From: Candidatus Lindowbacteria bacterium RIFCSPLOWO2_12_FULL_62_27 | GTDB lineage: Bacteria; Lindowbacteria; 2-12-FULL-62-27 | Assembly: GCA_001784175.1 (NCBI GenBank) | Contig: MFPR01000001.1 | Location: 124,001 to 188,000 of the forward strand | Direction of reading: 5' to 3' | Length of the DNA stretch: 64,000 bases | In this document: positions 1-10,734 of the stretch, piece after piece | Numbering within the stretch: position 1 is the stretch's first letter | Layout: every line of letters begins with the position of its first letter | Notes under the pieces: generated by a model | What the model saw: only the letters and a program-made list of their open reading frames with translations | Told to the model about the DNA's origin: nothing | The model's database searches: none | Position numbers and translations under genes: made by a program

Positions 1-715
1 GACCCTCGCCATCGTCGAGATGCAGCCGCTCGAAGGATCGAGCGTGTTCGAGATCGACCCCAGCATCGTCTTTACCATCATCGACCGCATCCTCGGCGGC
101 AAGGGCTATTCGACAAACCTGTCCCGGGAGCTGACCGACATCGAGATTTCGGTGATGGAGCGGATCGTCCAAAAAATACTCGCGTCCCTGCGCGAATCCT
201 GGGCCAACGTCGTCGATCTGAAACCCAAGCTCGACAAGATCGAGGCCAATCCCCAGTTCGTCCAGATCGTGCCGCCCAACGACATGGTCGTGCTCGTGAC
301 CCTGGAAACCAAGGTCTCCGAGGTCGAGGGCATGATCAACCTCTGCATCCCCTACATCGTTCTGGAGCCGATCGTCAACAAGCTCTCGGCCCAGTTCTGG
401 TATTCGTCCATCCGCAAGCGCTCGACCGAGGAGCAGATCGAAAACCTCAAGCAGCGCATCGGTGAAATCTATGTGCCGCTCAAGGTCGAAATCGGCAAGA
501 CGCGCCTCACGGTCGGCGATATTCTCCGGCTCCAGCGCGGCGACGTCGTCAAGCTGGACCTGCACGCGGACGAGCAGTTCATGCTGAAGGTCCGCGACAA
601 TCCGAAATTCTTCTGCATCCCGGGGGTCCACAAAATGAAGCTGGCGGCGAAGATCACCAAGGCGGTCGGGGAGATGGACAAGATTCGGGAGCGCGGGGAA
701 CAAGCGGATCAATGA
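1..715 (+). CDS. fliM: flagellar motor switch protein FliM (5' end outside the window)
   Basis: IDRILGGKG...RELTDIE, EANPQFVQIVPPNDMVV and INLCIPY motifs; C-terminal SpoA domain; upstream of fliY/N. Confidence 0.95.
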   Translation, partial: TLAIVEMQPLEGSSVFEIDPSIVFTIIDRILGGKGYSTNLSRELTDIEISVMERIVQKILASLRESWANVVDLKPKLDKIEANPQFVQIVPPNDMVVLVTLETKVSEVEGMINLCIPYIVLEPIVNKLSAQFWYSSIRKRSTEEQIENLKQRIGEIYVPLKVEIGKTRLTVGDILRLQRGDVVKLDLHADEQFMLKVRDNPKFFCIPGVHKMKLAAKITKAVGEMDKIRERGEQADQ

Positions 716-733
716 CACTTAGAAGGAGGAACC

Positions 734-1741
734 ATGGGAGAAGATCTCTTATCACAGGGTGACATCGACGCCCTTCTCCAAGGGCTGGAGGCCAGCGCGC
801 CCCCCGCGGCAGCCGCGCCGCCTCCGCCGCCGGCCGCGGCCGCGCCCGCGCCCGGACCGGCCGCGCCTCCGCCCGGCGCAGCGGCCCACGTGCTTCGCGC
901 CGCCGCCGCCATCGCTGATACCGCCACCGCGGATCTTGGCCGGAAAGTCGAACTCAGCCAGGTCGCGGTATCGTCCCGGCCGGGTTCCACGGCCACGGCC
1001 GCGGTCAAGGTCCCGGCCGTCATTTTTTACGGCGGGTCGCCCGGCGGCGGGTTTCTCCTGGCGATCCCGAAGGACATGGGCGGGCGGATCAGCGACATCA
1101 AGATGGGCGGAGACGGATCGAAACCGCCGGAAACTTTCAGTGACCTTTATATATCGGCCGTTACAGAATTCGCCAATTTGATTACCGGCAGTTTCTTCAC
1201 CGCCCTTGGGACCGGAGGGGTCACCAACCCGCAGACGCTTATCGCCGAAACAGCGGCCGACCTGGCCAATCTTCCGCTGGCGCGGCTTCCGGGCTGTTCG
1301 GTCATCACCGGCACAGCCTCAATTCAGAATCTGATGGAGGGAGAATGGATCATGATCATGGGTGAGCAACCCGCGGCGCCCGCTCACGCGGCGCAGCCCG
1401 CTCCCGTTTCGCCGGCCGAGACGCGGCCCGTGCAAAAGGTGGAATTCGGATCCTTTGAAACGGCGCCCGCGCCTGAGATGCCGGCCAATCTGAATCTGCT
1501 CCTCGATGTTCCGATGAACATCACCGTGGAGCTTGGCCGAACCAAAATGACGGTGCATGACGTCTTGAACCTCGGCTCCGGATCGATCGTCGAACTCGAC
1601 AAACTCGCCGGCGAGCCCGTTGATTTCATGGTCAACGGCAAACTCATCGCCAAGGGCGAAGTCGTGGTCATCGACGAGAATTTCGGCCTCCGCATCACGG
1701 ACATCGTTTCGCCCATGGAGCGATTCCGGGGCGTCATTTAG
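734..1741 (+). CDS. fliY: flagellar switch protein FliY/FliN (CheC-like region plus SpoA domain)
   Basis: N-terminal [10 protein letters not shown] CheY-binding peptide; EFAN (ExxN) motif; C-terminal [13 protein letters not shown]...[23 protein letters not shown]. Confidence 0.85.
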   Translation: MGEDLLSQGDIDALLQGLEASAPPAAAAPPPPPAAAAPAPGPAAPPPGAAAHVLRAAAAIADTATADLGRKVELSQVAVSSRPGSTATAAVKVPAVIFYGGSPGGGFLLAIPKDMGGRISDIKMGGDGSKPPETFSDLYISAVTEFANLITGSFFTALGTGGVTNPQTLIAETAADLANLPLARLPGCSVITGTASIQNLMEGEWIMIMGEQPAAPAHAAQPAPVSPAETRPVQKVEFGSFETAPAPEMPANLNLLLDVPMNITVELGRTKMTVHDVLNLGSGSIVELDKLAGEPVDFMVNGKLIAKGEVVVIDENFGLRITDIVSPMERFRGVI

Positions 1742-1772
1742 ACCGGAACGGCGCGAGGGGGGAGCAAGGCCG

Positions 1773-3269
1773 CTGAGCGCCTTTCTGGTCACCGATACGC
1801 CCCGGGCGGTGGGTCCCCACCACCGGGTCGTGGTCTGGTTTGGCCGCGACCACGGCCCGCTGCCGGGCAAAGTGGTCATCCACGCCTCCAGCCCTGCCGA
1901 GTTCCTCCATGTCGCCGTCGAGCACGTCCAGCCGGGACTGCTCGAAAATTTCGAATGCGTCCTCGCAGGCGACCGCGCCCGCGTCCAGGCCCTCGCGACC
2001 GATCTTTTGGAACGATACAAATACGCGTCCCGCTTGGCGCACTTCGATCTCAACACCCTCGGCTGGACGTACAAGATTTGCGCGCTCCAGTCCATTCAAA
2101 AAGTCCGGCAGCTTCCCGAACGGATTTTCACCCTCGATCAGCTCATCGACCGCCACAGAGACGAGACGCTCCTCATCATCGGCGCCGGGCCGTCGATCGG
2201 CATCGAGTCCATCGATCCGCGAAAAATCGTCACCCTCGCGACCACCCGCACCGCCCTCCTGTGTCTCCAGGCCGGCTGGTGCCCCGACTACATCATCCAC
2301 ATCGACCCGGACCCCTTCGAGGGCCTTCGCGAGCGGCTTCTTTCCTTTCCGCAAATCGGGCGCGCCCGATGGCTCCTCCCGCTCCAGGTCCATTCCAATT
2401 TCCTCGATCTGCCCGGCCAGGTCTTCTGGTTCGGCAGCCGGCTCAATCCCGTCAGCAACTGGATCGCCCGGCAGCTCCAGCCGCACCTCCGCTTCCCGCT
2501 CATCCTTTCCGGCGGGTCCGTTTCCTGCTGCGCGTTCACGATCTCGGAGTTCCTCGGCGCCAGCCCCCTGTGCCTCATCGGCCAGGACCTGTCCTACCTC
2601 GGGCCTTCGAAATACTCGGCCACGCAGGTCCTGGATCGCTACACCAGCGTCGTGCTGGCCGAGCCGGACAGTCTGTATCTTCCGGCCATCGGCGGCGGGA
2701 AGGTCGAAACGACGATGGACTACATGTCCTACGCCGAATGGTTCGTCCGGCAGGCCCAGGGCTCGCGCCGGAAGCTGATCAACTGCACCACCCGCGGCGT
2801 GCATCTGCCGGGATTCGAACACGTCCCCGTCCAGCAAGTGTACGAGCGATACCCCCGGCCGCCCGGGCGCGCACGGCCGGACGTTCAGCCGCGCCCCTTT
2901 CCGAGACCCGACGTTCCCGCCGCCCTGGCCCGCGCGCGCGCGGCCTGCGGCGATCTGAATCGCCGCGTCGCGGCCGGAGACCACGCGGCCGCTTTCCAAA
3001 GGATCGAAAACATGAAGCACATCGACGCCGACGGATTCATCCTCACCGCCTGCGCGCAGTACGAATCCAAAATCGTTGCGTATTTCTCGCATCTGCCCCC
3101 GGATCATCCCGGCATGAAACGATGCATCGACCTCTTCGCGCGCGCGCTGGATGACGCGGTCGGCCTCCTCGACGGCGCGCTCGACGGACGCATCGACGTC
3201 CCACCCACCACGGAGGACATCATCCTCGAACGCATGGAAACGCTCAAGGAGATCAATTCCCTGACCTGA
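1773..3269 (+). CDS. motility-associated factor (Maf / MptE-like) putative flagellin glycosyltransferase; start uncertain (CTG 1773 or GTG 1810)
   Basis: IIGAGPS, PDYIIHIDP, GGSVS, LIGQDLSY and LINCT motifs typical of Maf proteins; lies inside the flagellar operon. Confidence 0.75.
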   Translation: MSAFLVTDTPRAVGPHHRVVVWFGRDHGPLPGKVVIHASSPAEFLHVAVEHVQPGLLENFECVLAGDRARVQALATDLLERYKYASRLAHFDLNTLGWTYKICALQSIQKVRQLPERIFTLDQLIDRHRDETLLIIGAGPSIGIESIDPRKIVTLATTRTALLCLQAGWCPDYIIHIDPDPFEGLRERLLSFPQIGRARWLLPLQVHSNFLDLPGQVFWFGSRLNPVSNWIARQLQPHLRFPLILSGGSVSCCAFTISEFLGASPLCLIGQDLSYLGPSKYSATQVLDRYTSVVLAEPDSLYLPAIGGGKVETTMDYMSYAEWFVRQAQGSRRKLINCTTRGVHLPGFEHVPVQQVYERYPRPPGRARPDVQPRPFPRPDVPAALARARAACGDLNRRVAAGDHAAAFQRIENMKHIDADGFILTACAQYESKIVAYFSHLPPDHPGMKRCIDLFARALDDAVGLLDGALDGRIDVPPTTEDIILERMETLKEINSLT

Positions 3270-3368
3270 GTTTTTTGTGACGTTTTCGCTTGCATTCATC
3301 CCTAAACTGTTGTAAGAGCAAGCTTCGGGCTGTCCGTGAGGGGCGGACAGGAGACAGGGGGAATAGGG

Positions 3369-3977
3369 GTGAGGCTGTCCGACGTGGCCGCGCGCACGAC
3401 CGTTGCGGCCCTCGCGGGGTTGGCCTTGATCCTGCCGGCGAATGCCGTTATTCCGGATACCGATATCGCTTTTCTGACGACGTCGTCGCCTGTGACGGCG
3501 CGGTCTGATTCTTTTATGCCCTCCATGCTCAGACCCATTCTGCTGGTGATGCTCTTCGGAAGTCTCATGATCGGATCGCTCTACCTGGCCTGGCGCCGGC
3601 GCCGGCGGGAGGCGGGCAGCGATCTCATCCAGGTGTTGGCGACCTCTTCCGTCGCGCAGGGCGTGATGGTGCAAATCCTCGACGTCGGCGGCGTCCTCTT
3701 TGTGGTTTCGATGAGCAGAAGCGGCATCGTGTCGCTCGGACAGATCACCGACCGGGACAAAATCAGCGAGATCCGCACGCGGGCCTCCCAGGAGGCCCTC
3801 GCCATCGCCATTCCGCCGATCCCGTTCAAGAATGCCCTCAGCCGTTTCTTCCGGCGGCCCCCCGCTCCGACGGTCGCAACGCCCGACGCGCCGGTCAGGC
3901 CTTCCGCGCGGGAGAAAACGCTCCAGGAAGTCTTCGACCGCATCCGCCGGCTGAATCCAAAGGAAAATGAAAAATGA
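3369..3977 (+). CDS. fliO: flagellar biosynthesis protein FliO/FliZ-like
   Basis: signal/TM segment, second TM, then ILDVGGVLFVVS; directly before fliP. Confidence 0.7.
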   Translation: MRLSDVAARTTVAALAGLALILPANAVIPDTDIAFLTTSSPVTARSDSFMPSMLRPILLVMLFGSLMIGSLYLAWRRRRREAGSDLIQVLATSSVAQGVMVQILDVGGVLFVVSMSRSGIVSLGQITDRDKISEIRTRASQEALAIAIPPIPFKNALSRFFRRPPAPTVATPDAPVRPSAREKTLQEVFDRIRRLNPKENEK

Positions 3978-4747
3978 TTCGACCGGGGCTGCATCGGTTG
4001 TTTCATTTGTTCGCCGTCGCCCTCCCTGTCTTGATCTTCTGCCTGCCGGCCATGGCCATCGACATCCCGGTGCCCAAAGTCGAGCTGACGATCACGCAGG
4101 CCAAATATCCGAAGGAAATGGCGCTCTCCCTCGAACTCCTCCTCATCTTTACCGTCCTTTCCCTCGCCCCCTCCCTCGTCATGATGCTGACCGCCTACAC
4201 GCGGGTCTTCATCGTCCTGTCCTTCGTCGAGCGCGCCATTGGCCTGCAGCAACTGCCGCCCCGGCAGATCCTCGCCGGAATGGCCATGTTTCTGACTTTT
4301 TATATTATGGCCCCGACCTTCACCGTCATTTACCATGAGGCCGTCATGCCTTTTTATAATCAGGAGGTCCCGACCCAGACCGCCTACGCGAAGACCATGC
4401 ATGAACTCAGAAAATTCATGTTCAGCCAGACCCGCGAAAAAGACCTCGGGTTGTTTTTCAGGCTCTCCAGCACGCCCGCCCCCAAGTCTCGCGGGGGCGT
4501 GCCGACCCACATCCTCGTGCCGGCCTTCATGCTCTCCGAAATGAAAACGGCCTTCACCATGGGCATCATCATCTACATTCCGTTTATCGTGATCGACATG
4601 GTCGTCGCCTCCGTCCTCATGTCCATGGGCATGATCATGGTCCCGCCCGCGATGATCTCCCTGCCGATCAAGGTCCTCATTTTCGTCCTCGTCAACGGCT
4701 GGGACCTCCTCGCCTACTCGATCGTCAAGAGCTATCACCTCGTATGA
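3974..4747 (+). CDS. fliP: flagellar export protein FliP
   Basis: LTAYTRVFIVLS, PAFMLSEMKTAF, MGMIMVPPAMISLPIK, LVNGW motifs. Confidence 0.97.
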   Translation: MIRPGLHRLFHLFAVALPVLIFCLPAMAIDIPVPKVELTITQAKYPKEMALSLELLLIFTVLSLAPSLVMMLTAYTRVFIVLSFVERAIGLQQLPPRQILAGMAMFLTFYIMAPTFTVIYHEAVMPFYNQEVPTQTAYAKTMHELRKFMFSQTREKDLGLFFRLSSTPAPKSRGGVPTHILVPAFMLSEMKTAFTMGIIIYIPFIVIDMVVASVLMSMGMIMVPPAMISLPIKVLIFVLVNGWDLLAYSIVKSYHLV

Positions 4748-4756
4748 ACAACGCCC

Positions 4757-5029
4757 GTGGATAAAGCCCAGGCCGTCGATCTCGTCCGCAAGGCCCTCTG
4801 GTTCACGATCCTCATCTCGTCGCCCGCGCTCATCCTCTCCGTCGCCGTCGGCCTCTTCGTCAGCATCCTCCAGACCACCACCCAAATCCACGAACAGACC
4901 CTGACCTTCGTCCCGAAAATCTTCGCGCTCCTCGCCGCCGTCATCCTCTTCGGCCCCTGGATGCTCGAATCCTTCCACGACTACATCTGGAACCTCTGGG
5001 GAACCCTCCATGAAATCGCACCGCATTAA
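4757..5029 (+). CDS. fliQ: flagellar export protein FliQ
   Basis: QTTTQIHEQTLTFVPK motif. Confidence 0.97.
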   Translation: MDKAQAVDLVRKALWFTILISSPALILSVAVGLFVSILQTTTQIHEQTLTFVPKIFALLAAVILFGPWMLESFHDYIWNLWGTLHEIAPH

Positions 5030-5038
5030 CCGGCGTCC

Positions 5039-5815
5039 GTGATCGAACTCATCATCGCCCACTGGACCGTGTTCCTCCTCGTGCTCGTCCGCATCCTCGG
5101 CATGTTCTCCGTGGCGCCCTTCTGGTCCGGCGAGGGCGCGCCGGGGCAGGTCAAGGTCGCGATGGCTTCGGCGGCCACCCTCGGCGTCTTTCCCATGGTC
5201 TACGCCAAGGGTCTCCTCCCGCACGCGTTCGCCACCTCCTTCGAGTTCGCCTTCGAACTCATCGGCCAGGCGGCGGTCGGAATGATCCTCGGATTCATCG
5301 CCCTCATGTTCTTCACCATTTTCGACGCCTCCGCCCGTTTCTACGACACGCAGATGGGCCTCGGCATCATCAACGTCCTCGATCCGTTCAATGCGATCGA
5401 GGCCTCTCTCATGGCCCAATTCCAGAGCTTCCTGGCACTCCTGATCTTCATCGCCGTCGACGGGCCTTCATTCCTCCTGATTGCGGTCCAGAAAAGTTTT
5501 ATCCTCGTGCCGCACCTCGAACTCCATTCCGGCGCGCTTCCCCGCGCCGTCTTCAGCCTCTGTTCGCGGATATTTTATGTCTCGATCATCTTCGTGATGC
5601 CGATCCTGGGCGTCCTCTTCGTCACCCACGTCATTTTGGGGATCCTCTCCAAGGCCTCCCCGCAGCTCAACGTCATGGTGCTGGGATTTCCGGTCAATAT
5701 CGCCGCCGGCTTCTTCACGCTCATCCTCCTCCTCGATTATTTCGAAAACCTCGTCCCCGAAATCTTCGCGACCATGTTCACCGAAATCGACCTCTTCATG
5801 ACGCACCTCTTGTGA
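5039..5815 (+). CDS. fliR: flagellar export protein FliR
   Basis: DTQMGLG...DP and PQLNVMVLGFP motifs; multi-TM; between fliQ and flhB. Confidence 0.95.
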   Translation: MIELIIAHWTVFLLVLVRILGMFSVAPFWSGEGAPGQVKVAMASAATLGVFPMVYAKGLLPHAFATSFEFAFELIGQAAVGMILGFIALMFFTIFDASARFYDTQMGLGIINVLDPFNAIEASLMAQFQSFLALLIFIAVDGPSFLLIAVQKSFILVPHLELHSGALPRAVFSLCSRIFYVSIIFVMPILGVLFVTHVILGILSKASPQLNVMVLGFPVNIAAGFFTLILLLDYFENLVPEIFATMFTEIDLFMTHLL

Positions 5816-6921
5816 TTCCATTCCCGATCGACGTCCAGTTCTTCGCGCGCGCCGAGGATGAAGGCCGCACAGAGGAGCCGACGACACGGCGCCGCAGCAA
5901 GGCCGAGAGCGAAGGGAATTTCCCGCGCAGCAGAGACCTGCCGGCGCCGCTGGCCATCCTGGCGGTCGCGACCTATCTGAAATACTCCATCCCGTTCATG
6001 ATCGACGCCATGCGCGATTTCACCGCCGCCTTCCTCTCCGGCGCCGTGCTCGTCACCGATCCGACCGTTCGCGACATGATTCAGATCGCACAACTCTCCG
6101 TCCTCGCGCTCATCAAGATCACCCTGCCGGTCATGATCCTCGGCGCCGCCTTTCACATCGCCGGCGACATCCTGCAGATCGGGTTCCATTTCGACTGGGG
6201 TTACCTCAAATTCAACTGGGGCGCGCTCAAACCCGACTTCTCCCGCGTCTTCAGCCGATTTCTCCCCCAGCGCGAAACGCTGGTGGAGCTGGTCAAGAGC
6301 ATCGGGAAAATCCTGATCGTCGGCGCGGTCGGGTTCTACATCTTCTGGGACAACTACGGCCTCATCGTCGAAACGGTGCGGATGGGACTCTGGGACGGCC
6401 TGTCCCGCATCGGCGAGGTGACCTACCAGATCATCCTCTGGACCACGCTCCTCTTGATCGCCTTCTCCATCCCCGATTATTTCTACCAGCGGTACGAGTA
6501 CACCGATAAACTGAAAATGACGAAAGAGGAAGTCAAAGACGAGCACAAGCAGTCGGAGGGCGACCCGCAGGTCAAGGCCACGCAGCGCAAGCGCATGATG
6601 GAACTCATCAGCCGCCGGATGCTCCATAAGGTCCCGAAGGCCGACGTCGTCATCACCAACCCCACGCATTACGCCGTCGCGCTCCGGTACGATCAGCAGG
6701 AGGACAACGCGCCGATCTGTCTGGCCAAGGGCGCCGACTTCCTCGCACTGCGCATCCGCGACATCGCGGAAAAAAACGACGTCCCCATCTACGAGGACCG
6801 CTTCCTCGCGCGCGCCCTCTACGACGCGGTCGAAATCGGCGAGGAGATCCCTCATCCATTCTATGACGCCGTCGCCAACGTCCTCGCCTTCGTCTACCGC
6901 CTCCGCACCGCCGCCGTCTGA
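5812..6921 (+). CDS. flhB: flagellar export protein FlhB
   Basis: RTEEPT, KMTKEEVKDEHKQSEGDP, NPTH autocleavage motif. Confidence 0.97.
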   Translation: MIPFPIDVQFFARAEDEGRTEEPTTRRRSKAESEGNFPRSRDLPAPLAILAVATYLKYSIPFMIDAMRDFTAAFLSGAVLVTDPTVRDMIQIAQLSVLALIKITLPVMILGAAFHIAGDILQIGFHFDWGYLKFNWGALKPDFSRVFSRFLPQRETLVELVKSIGKILIVGAVGFYIFWDNYGLIVETVRMGLWDGLSRIGEVTYQIILWTTLLLIAFSIPDYFYQRYEYTDKLKMTKEEVKDEHKQSEGDPQVKATQRKRMMELISRRMLHKVPKADVVITNPTHYAVALRYDQQEDNAPICLAKGADFLALRIRDIAEKNDVPIYEDRFLARALYDAVEIGEEIPHPFYDAVANVLAFVYRLRTAAV

Positions 6922-6923
6922 AC

Positions 6924-9020
6924 ATGCCGCCGATTCGAACACCCCTCGCGATGGAGCAGCTCGTCAAGAACAGCGACATCATGCTCGCCGTCCTCATCGT
7001 CGCCGTCATCATGATGATGATCATTCCCCTGCCCACGATCATCCTGAATCTCCTCCTGGCCGTCAACATCACCCTGTCCATGCTCGTGCTCCTCACGGTC
7101 GTCTATCTCGACAAGGCCATCGACTTCTCGGTCTTCCCGTCCCTCCTCCTGGTCTCGACGCTCTTTCGGCTCTCGCTCAACATCTCCTCGACACGCCTGA
7201 TCCTCCTCGAGGGACGGGCGGGCGTGGAGGGCGTGATCACGGCCTTCGGCGATTTCGTCGTCGGCGGCAGCTACATCGTCGGCATCGTCATTTACCTCGC
7301 ACTCGTCATGATCCAGCTCATCGTCATCGTCCGCGGCTCCACGCGCGTCGCCGAAGTCGCCGCACGGTTCACCCTCGACGCGATGCCCGGCAAGCAGATG
7401 GCCATCGACGCCGACCTCAACTCCGGGTCCATCACCCGCGAGGAGGCCGACCGCCGGCGGACCGAGATCCGGCGTGAGGCCGATTTCTACGGCGCCATGG
7501 ACGGCGCCGCCAAGTTCATTTCGGGAGACGTGACCGCCGGAATCGTCCTCACGGTCATCAACATCCTTGGCGGGTTCGCCATCGGCATGTGGCAGCGCGG
7601 CGAAACTTTCCAGGAGTCCCTTCAGACGTACACCCTCCTGACCATCGGCGACGGCATGGTCGCCCAGATCCCGTCGCTCCTCCAGTCCGTCTCCATGGGC
7701 CTCATCGTCACCCGCGCCGCCAGCGTCGACAACCTCGGCAAGGACCTCACCAACCAGCTCACCATGAACTCGCGCGCCATGGGCATCACGTCAGGCACGC
7801 TCCTCTTTCTTGGGCTTGCCACGCCCCTGCCGGCCTTCCCGTTCCTCGTCGCCAGTTTCGTGACCGGCGTTTTGTCGGTCGCGTCGGCCGAATCCAAACA
7901 GAAAAAGGAGGCGGCGCTGAAAAAAGAGGAGGAGCAGAAGAAGAAGGGGGCGACGAAAGGCCCCGAAGACGTCACAGCCCTCCTCGCCGTCGAAGCCATG
8001 GAACTCGAGATCGGCTACGGGCTCATCCCGCTCGTCGACCGCGAACAGGGCGGGGAACTCCTCGACCGCATCGCCAACATCCGGCGCCGGTCCGCCATCG
8101 ACCTCGGTATTGTCGTTCCGCCCATCCGCATCCGCGACAACATGCAGCTCAAGGCCAACGACTATGTCATCAAAATCCGCGGCGTCACCGTCGGCGCCTT
8201 CGCCGTCCATGCCGACCGCTACCTCGCCATGGCGCCGGCCAGGGTCAAGGAACCGATCGCAGGCGAAACGGTCAATGAACCTTCCTTCAACATGCCGTCG
8301 GTGTGGATCTACGAAAAGGACCGCGAAAGGGCCGAATCGGCCGGATACACCGTCGTCGACGCCACCACCGTCATCGCCACGCACCTGACCGAAATCATCA
8401 AGCGCCACTCCGCCGACCTCCTCACGCGCCAGGAAACTCAGAAAATCCTGGATCATGTCAAGGAAACCGCGCCGGCCCTCGTCGACGAGACCGTCCGCGA
8501 GGCGCAACTGGGCGGCATCCAGAAGGTCCTCCAGATGCTGCTTCGAGAGGGAATCTCGGTCCGCGACATGGTCACCATCCTCGAAACCCTCGCCGATAAA
8601 TCCAAGGCCCTCCCCGACCCGCTGCAGCGCACCGAGGCCGTTCGGACGGCCCTCTCTCGAACCATCTGCGAATCGCTCAAGGAGCCGGACGGCAGTATCC
8701 ACGTCGTCACGCTCGCGCCCGACCTCGAGGCGCGGCTGCACCAGAACATCGTCTTTCGGCCCGATGCCGCCAACGTCAACCTGCCGCCCCGGGAGCTTCA
8801 GGACGCCATCGAATCGTTCCGCGCCGAATTGAAAAAACTCATTGACGAGGGGTTCCCGCCCATTGTCCTCGCGTCGCCCAGAATTCGCCCCGCCGTCTGG
8901 GATCTCTTGGCGCCCTTTGTCCATAACCTCAAGGTCATTTCGTTCAACGAAGTGACGCGGGGCATCGTGTTGAAGACTCGCGGCAGCGTCCGCATGCCGG
9001 CGCCCGCGCCCGTCGGATGA
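6924..9020 (+). CDS. flhA: flagellar export protein FlhA
   Basis: RVAEVAARFTLDAMPGKQMAIDADL (FHIPEP) and LTIGDG motifs. Confidence 0.98.
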   Translation: MPPIRTPLAMEQLVKNSDIMLAVLIVAVIMMMIIPLPTIILNLLLAVNITLSMLVLLTVVYLDKAIDFSVFPSLLLVSTLFRLSLNISSTRLILLEGRAGVEGVITAFGDFVVGGSYIVGIVIYLALVMIQLIVIVRGSTRVAEVAARFTLDAMPGKQMAIDADLNSGSITREEADRRRTEIRREADFYGAMDGAAKFISGDVTAGIVLTVINILGGFAIGMWQRGETFQESLQTYTLLTIGDGMVAQIPSLLQSVSMGLIVTRAASVDNLGKDLTNQLTMNSRAMGITSGTLLFLGLATPLPAFPFLVASFVTGVLSVASAESKQKKEAALKKEEEQKKKGATKGPEDVTALLAVEAMELEIGYGLIPLVDREQGGELLDRIANIRRRSAIDLGIVVPPIRIRDNMQLKANDYVIKIRGVTVGAFAVHADRYLAMAPARVKEPIAGETVNEPSFNMPSVWIYEKDRERAESAGYTVVDATTVIATHLTEIIKRHSADLLTRQETQKILDHVKETAPALVDETVREAQLGGIQKVLQMLLREGISVRDMVTILETLADKSKALPDPLQRTEAVRTALSRTICESLKEPDGSIHVVTLAPDLEARLHQNIVFRPDAANVNLPPRELQDAIESFRAELKKLIDEGFPPIVLASPRIRPAVWDLLAPFVHNLKVISFNEVTRGIVLKTRGSVRMPAPAPVG

Positions 9021-9049
9021 CGACGGGGGAATTGAGAGGAGTCGAATGA

Positions 9050-10369
9050 ATGTATAAGAGGTACGAGGCCGAAACATTGAAAGCGGCCCTGCATAAGGTC
9101 AAGATGGATCTTGGATCGGACGCCGTCATCCTCAGCCAGCGGGAAATCCGCACGGGGGGAATCAGCGGGATCCTTGGAAAAAAAGTCTGGCAAATCGTCG
9201 CCTACCGCCCCGTGTCCGATGAGCCGCCGGCAGCCCCGAAGACCAGGCCCGCACCCGCGCCGGTGGCGGCCGCCGCACCGCCCCTGCATATCCGGGAACT
9301 CGAGCGGCAGGCCAGATTGAAAATTCGCCGGCCGGTCGATCACGTCGTGGATGAGCCCGCGCTGCCCTTCGCCGAATTGCCTTCAACCTTGAGGTCTCCC
9401 GCGCCTTCTTCAAAAACGAGGAATTTCAAACCCTACACGCCGGCCGGATTCCAGGTTTCCACCGCCGATTCGCCGGATCAATCGGCGCTCAGAATCCTGC
9501 TGAAAGAGGTTCGGGCGCTCTCGGAAAAAATCGCCGCGCCCCCGCCGCCCGTCTCCGACCAGGTCGTCCTCCCCGGCGTCCTCCCCGCCTTTTACCGCCG
9601 GCTCCTCTTGCAGGAGGTCCCCAGACAAACGGCGCTGGATGTCATGAACTCCTTTTTCGAGCGCCCATCCCTCGATGTCAACGACGAAACCAAAGCCCTG
9701 GAATGGCTCGAAGAGCGGCTCGCGCAGGAAATTCCGGTCGCCGGCCTCGACCAGCTCCTTTCCACCCGCCGGCCCCGCATCCTCTTTCTGGTCGGACCCG
9801 CCGGCGTGGGAAAGACGACGACGCTCGCGAAAGTCTCCGCCATGGCCAGCCGGGACGAGAAAATGAAAATCGCGTTCGTGACGCTCGACACATTCCGCGT
9901 GGCCGCCGCCGAGCATCTCAAAACCTACGCCGATCTCATCCAGGCCGATTTCGAAATCGTCCTGTCCGAGGGCGAGTTCGCATCGGCCGTCGTGCGGCAC
10001 GCCGACAAGGACCTCATTTTCGTCGATACGCCCGGCAAGAACCCCTGTTCGCCCGCCACGCTTTCCGATTTCGCGTCCTATCTGAAGCACCTCACCGCCG
10101 CGAAACTCCCCGGGCCGGCCGTGCTCCTCGTCCTGTCGGCCGCCACCCGGCTCGCAGATCTCCAGCGGTACATCGCCTGCTATCGAACGTTGGGGCCGGC
10201 GGGGGTGATTTTCACCAAGATGGATGAAACCCAGACCTACGGATCCCTCCTCCCCGTTCTGGAAACCGCCAGGCTGCCCGTCGTTTTTCTCGCCTGCGGG
10301 CAGGACGTGCCCGGGGACATCGAGCCCGCCAACGCGGGTCGGATCGCCAGAAAAATCCTCGGCGCGTGA
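9050..10369 (+). CDS. flhF: SRP-family GTPase FlhF
   Basis: GPAGVGKTTT, DTFR, DTPG, TKMDE and GQDVPGDI motifs; follows flhA. Confidence 0.93.
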   Translation: MYKRYEAETLKAALHKVKMDLGSDAVILSQREIRTGGISGILGKKVWQIVAYRPVSDEPPAAPKTRPAPAPVAAAAPPLHIRELERQARLKIRRPVDHVVDEPALPFAELPSTLRSPAPSSKTRNFKPYTPAGFQVSTADSPDQSALRILLKEVRALSEKIAAPPPPVSDQVVLPGVLPAFYRRLLLQEVPRQTALDVMNSFFERPSLDVNDETKALEWLEERLAQEIPVAGLDQLLSTRRPRILFLVGPAGVGKTTTLAKVSAMASRDEKMKIAFVTLDTFRVAAAEHLKTYADLIQADFEIVLSEGEFASAVVRHADKDLIFVDTPGKNPCSPATLSDFASYLKHLTAAKLPGPAVLLVLSAATRLADLQRYIACYRTLGPAGVIFTKMDETQTYGSLLPVLETARLPVVFLACGQDVPGDIEPANAGRIARKILGA

Positions 10370-10438
10370 TCTGGTTCGCAAGAAACAGCTTGCCTCCCGC
10401 CGGACACTGGTGTATTCTTGTGCGGACTTATGCCGCTC

Positions 10439-10720
10439 ATGAAACCGGCTTTTGTAATTTCGCTGGGGTGCGCCCTGCTCGCGTTTCTCTTTGCGCCGAC
10501 CTCGGTCCGCGCCGAAGCGGTCCTGAGGGCGACGGTGGTCTTTACCGGCGTTTTTTTCTGGTCTCTCGTGGCCCTGACGATCATGCGCAGGACCATGCCC
10601 GCCGGCAAGTCGCTCTTGTCCGACGGCGGGCCGCGGCCGGAAGGCTCGGGGGAGAACAAGTTTGTCGATCTGTCAAAACAGACGGTGGACCGGTCCAAAC
10701 TTTTGGATCTGCTCCGATGA
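10439..10720 (+). CDS. small two-TM hypothetical protein
   Basis: two hydrophobic segments; fills the gap in the operon; start uncertain. Confidence 0.6.
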   Translation: MKPAFVISLGCALLAFLFAPTSVRAEAVLRATVVFTGVFFWSLVALTIMRRTMPAGKSLLSDGGPRPEGSGENKFVDLSKQTVDRSKLLDLLR

Positions 10721-10734
10721 GGGAGTAAGCCGAC

